Assembly (NCBI GenBank): GCA_025350905.1 | Contig: JANXWY010000341.1 | Span: forward strand, 1 to 51,988 | Source of the DNA: Verrucomicrobiota bacterium | Lineage (GTDB): Bacteria; Verrucomicrobiota; Verrucomicrobiia; Limisphaerales; JADLHS01 | Length of the DNA stretch: 51,988 nucleotides | Reading direction: 5' to 3' | Shown: positions 48,976 to 51,988 of the stretch, piece after piece | Layout of the letters: the number at the start of each line of letters is the position of its first letter | Numbering within the stretch: the first letter of the stretch is position 1 | Position numbers and translations under genes: made by a program | Notes under the pieces: generated by a model | Seen by the model: the letters and a program-made list of their open reading frames with translations, nothing else | Told to the model about the DNA's origin: nothing | Databases searched by the model: none

Positions 48976-50127
48976 TCACCCGTTCGTCCCGAGCCACCGT
49001 TGATGCTCTTGCATCACGTAACGGTCCGTCATGCCGGCAAGGTAATCGCAGACGGCACGCGGGAGTCCTTCCCGCCGAATCCGTTTGCGGGCGAGTTCAC
49101 CCAGCGCGCGCGGATGGGCGAGGTAGAAATTGAAAAGTTCGGCGAGAATGCGGACCGCCCGCGTGTTGGCCTCATCCACCTGCCGGCTGAAGTAGAGATT
49201 TTGGTGCAGATACTTCCGCATTTCCTGGTTCCATTTGCGGCGCGGCGGGCTGTATTGCACCAACGGACGCGGATGCAGACGCACCGCATCGGCGCTTTGC
49301 ACCCCGGCGCGGGTGATCAATTTCTCGGTCGTCAGCACCACATCGCGCACCTGTTCGTCAATCATGGTGCGAATTATGAAATAGCGACGACACTCATCCG
49401 GCAGTTCGCCCTGCTCTCGTTTCACCTTGCCCGCCGCCTCGCGCCACACGGACACTCGCTCATTCAATTCGCTCTCGCGCAACAAGCCGGCGTCGAGGCC
49501 GTCGTCGAGGTCGTGGCTGTAATATGTGATTTCATCGGCGAGGTTGGCCACCTGCGCTTCGAGCGAGGAATGCTTGGCCGCAAAACCAGCCCGCCGGCTG
49601 GGATGTGCGTCGGCGTCAAAATGTTTCACCAAACCTTCACGCACTTCCCAGGTCAGGTTCAGGCCGGAGAAGCCGGGATATTTTTGCTCCAGTTCTTCCA
49701 CGACGCGCAAGCTCTGCCGATTATGCTCGAAGCCACCGTAAGCTTTCATCAAGCGGTCCAGGACATGTTCCCCGCGGTGACCAAACGGCGAATGACCGAG
49801 GTCATGGGCCAGCGCGATCGTCTCGGTCAAATCCTCATTGAGCTTGAGGGCCCGGGCAATGCCGCGGGCAATGGCGGCGACTTCCATCGTGTGGGTGAGC
49901 CGCGTGCGCAAATGGTCGCCGGTGCCGTTGAGGAAGACCTGCGTCTTGTATTCCAGCCGGCGAAAGGCGCGCGAGTGGATGACGCGGTCGCGATCGCGCT
50001 GGTACTCCGTGCGCCAGTCGGCGGCCAGTTCCGGATGCTGCCGCCCCCGGGACGCCCCACTCAACTGCGCGTAGGGGGCGAGGCACTGCCGTTCGAGTTG
50101 TTCCAGCTCCTGACGCGTACGAGGCAT
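48976..50127 (-). CDS. dgt: Deoxyguanosinetriphosphate triphosphohydrolase (dGTPase-like)
   Basis: RDRDRVIHSRAFRRL, RTRLTH, HDLGHSPFGH, DYLAGMTD; start re-placed to ATG 50127. Confidence 0.93.
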   Translation of the reverse strand: MPRTRQELEQLERQCLAPYAQLSGASRGRQHPELAADWRTEYQRDRDRVIHSRAFRRLEYKTQVFLNGTGDHLRTRLTHTMEVAAIARGIARALKLNEDLTETIALAHDLGHSPFGHRGEHVLDRLMKAYGGFEHNRQSLRVVEELEQKYPGFSGLNLTWEVREGLVKHFDADAHPSRRAGFAAKHSSLEAQVANLADEITYYSHDLDDGLDAGLLRESELNERVSVWREAAGKVKREQGELPDECRRYFIIRTMIDEQVRDVVLTTEKLITRAGVQSADAVRLHPRPLVQYSPPRRKWNQEMRKYLHQNLYFSRQVDEANTRAVRILAELFNFYLAHPRALGELARKRIRREGLPRAVCDYLAGMTDRYVMQEHQRWLGTNG

Positions 50128-50186
50128 GGGGGCGGTCGCAAAATAAAAATGAACCGGACCAAAACCAAAACGGAATGCCGGCCCGA

Positions 50187-51422
50187 TCAATTCGCCAGCA
50201 ACGACTGCACCGAGATGCCGCGCAACTCGAACAACCGGCGAATGGTGTCTTCGATCAAATTGTTCGGGCAGCTCGCGCCGGCCGTAATACCGACGGTGAT
50301 CTTTCCGGCGGGCAGCCAGTTGCGGGTTTCCACCTCCTGATGCTGGTGCTGGTTGTAATGCACGATCAGGCTATCCGAGACCATCTTGCCCGCATTCTTG
50401 ATAAAAAAGGTCGGCAGCTTGGCTTCGCCCATTTCCGCGAGATGCGAGGTGTTCGAGGAATTGTAGCCCCCGATGACGATGAGCAGGTTGAGCGGGTCGT
50501 TAAACAGCTTTTGCAGTGCGTCCTGCCGGTCCTGCGTCGCGCCGCAAATCGTATCAAAAAAGCGGAAATGCTTGTCGATGTCCGGCTCGCCATATTTCTC
50601 AATCATCGCCTGCTTGATGCGGTGTTGCACTTCCATCGTCTCGCCGCGCAACATGGTCGTTTGATTCGCCACCCCGACGGTTTTCAAGTGGAGATCCGGC
50701 TCGAACCCCTCGGAATGGGCGCCTCGGAACTTCTCCAGAAATTCCGCCTTGTTGCCCCCGTGCAGGATGTACTCACAAACGTAGTCGGTCTCCGCGAGCG
50801 TAAAGACGACGAGATAATGGCCGCTGCCGTAGGCCCGGGCCTGCGAGGTGGTGGCTTTGGTTTCCTCGTGCTTCGCCTTGCCGTGGATGATGCTCGTGAC
50901 ATTTTCCTTTGAATATTGCCGCACGCGTTTCCAGACGCTCATCACGTCGCCGCACGTGGTATCCACCAGCTCGCAGCCCTTGGCCGCGAGCTTCTGCCGG
51001 GTGGCCACCTCGGTGCCGAAGGCCGGAATGATGACGGCGTCGCCGGCTTGGAGGCGCGCCATTTCGGCTTCGGTGGGATTGGGAGAAATGATCTGGATGC
51101 CAAGATTGCGAATCTGGTCGTTGACTTCCGGATTGTGAATGATTTCCCCGAGCAGATAGATCGGCGTGTTCGGGGAAACCTCGGAAAAATGTTTTTGTGC
51201 GGCGTACGCCAGATCAATCGCCCGCTCGACGCCGTAGCAGAAGCCGAATTCCTTGGCGAGCTTGATGGTCAGATCCCCGGCGGAAAGCACGTTGCCGTGG
51301 GCCCGAATGCGTTCGACCAGTTCGCTCCGATAATGCGAGAGCACCTGGGCCTGGACCGCTTCCATAATGTCGGGACGGCGGAGGTTGATTTTTTGGGGGG
51401 CGGCAGGAGCGTGCGTTGACAT
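50187..51422 (-). CDS. ispH: 4-hydroxy-3-methylbut-2-enyl diphosphate reductase
   Basis: GFCYGVERA, IIHN, DTTC, HEET, NQTT, TICGATQDRQ, SSNT, AGASCP. Confidence 0.96.
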   Translation of the reverse strand: MSTHAPAAPQKINLRRPDIMEAVQAQVLSHYRSELVERIRAHGNVLSAGDLTIKLAKEFGFCYGVERAIDLAYAAQKHFSEVSPNTPIYLLGEIIHNPEVNDQIRNLGIQIISPNPTEAEMARLQAGDAVIIPAFGTEVATRQKLAAKGCELVDTTCGDVMSVWKRVRQYSKENVTSIIHGKAKHEETKATTSQARAYGSGHYLVVFTLAETDYVCEYILHGGNKAEFLEKFRGAHSEGFEPDLHLKTVGVANQTTMLRGETMEVQHRIKQAMIEKYGEPDIDKHFRFFDTICGATQDRQDALQKLFNDPLNLLIVIGGYNSSNTSHLAEMGEAKLPTFFIKNAGKMVSDSLIVHYNQHQHQEVETRNWLPAGKITVGITAGASCPNNLIEDTIRRLFELRGISVQSLLAN

Positions 51423-51603
51423 GGCAACCCTATTCTAATGGTCGCCGTCCCGGCGTCGAGCAGAAAGCCACGGAGGTGGCGCAATCGCGGCCGGCTAGAT
51501 TCCCTTAACCCTTTGACTCCGTCCGGGTGGCGCACGAGGCCGGTTCACTGCCCGCAAAAAATAATTGCACACCGCCGATTTCATGGGATGATGCGCGCGG
51601 TGA

Positions 51604-51681
51604 CGGAGCGTAGCTCAGCCCGGCTAGAGCGCGTGGTTTGGGTCCACGAAGTCGCAGGTTCAAATCCTGTCGCTCCGACCA
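51604..51681 (+). tRNA. tRNA-Pro (anticodon TGG)
   Basis: CGGAGCG/CGCTCCG acceptor stem, CGTGG-TT-TGG-GT-CCACG anticodon arm, TTCAAAT, encoded CCA. Confidence 0.95.
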
Positions 51682-51851
51682 ATTTCCTCCCAGCAAATTA
51701 TCTTCCAAATCTTATTGGGGTTTCCCGCTTGCTCAGTTTGCTTGGCTTCAGGCAGGACCGTACAATAGCCCAAACCGCGATGGCATCCTCACTGCTCAAC
51801 GAAATGGCGACCAGCGCTCAGGCTTGGCAGCCTCGGGGTTTGGCGATCTAA

Positions 51852-51988
51852 GGAAACGCTGATTTAATCCGCATGGATTTCTTTTGAACGAGGAGGCTGA
51901 TTTTCTCGTCTGTGTTGCATGACCCACCAGACCAGTTTCACGCACGCCGAGTTTGCCGCCAAAAAGAAGACCACACGCCGCGAGAAGT
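51852..51988 (+). mobile_element. IS5-family insertion sequence, left end (truncated by window)
   Basis: CTAA (YTAR target) followed by GGAAACGCTGATTTA terminal-repeat-like end, then a transposase start. Confidence 0.75.
51919..51988 (+). CDS. IS5-family transposase, N-terminal part
   Basis: [23 protein letters not shown] resembles the IS5-subgroup N-terminus (QxxF..xEF..KxxxTRxE). Confidence 0.78.
   Translation, partial: MTHQTSFTHAEFAAKKKTTRREK

Overview
GC-rich bacterial chromosome segment; gene content and repeat types suggest Verrucomicrobiota, which is an inference. Most of it is housekeeping: nuoA/nuoB, DnaJ-class chaperone, DegP, tRNA-Lys, LepB, OGG-type glycosylase, lipid-modifying enzymes, RluA, SET protein, purN, hisG, clpPX, tyrS, fbaB, a second orphan nuoA, ABC exporter, PfpI, UvrD/PcrA, recJ, TerC, yajC-secDF, dapF, NfeD-flotillin cluster, dGTPase, ispH, tRNA-Pro and the left end of an IS5-type element. 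Four things go beyond ordinary annotation. (1) Several families of REP-like palindromes occur between genes, and some sit in frame inside conserved enzymes (App1 twice, RluA, an ABC ATPase domain, UvrD). (2) Between tyrS and fbaB, three copies of a short unit alternate with different palindromes; two copies encode ...QAAVLVLVY-stop with many synonymous differences. (3) An integrase-less, decayed integron-type cassette run at about 18.5-21.3 kb has complementary core sites, attC remnants and a probable group IIC-attC intron 3' end. (4) Many genes have sigma70-like -35/-10 boxes 5-9 nt before the start codon, implying widespread leaderless or near-leaderless mRNAs. All calls were made by eye; no database searches were run.
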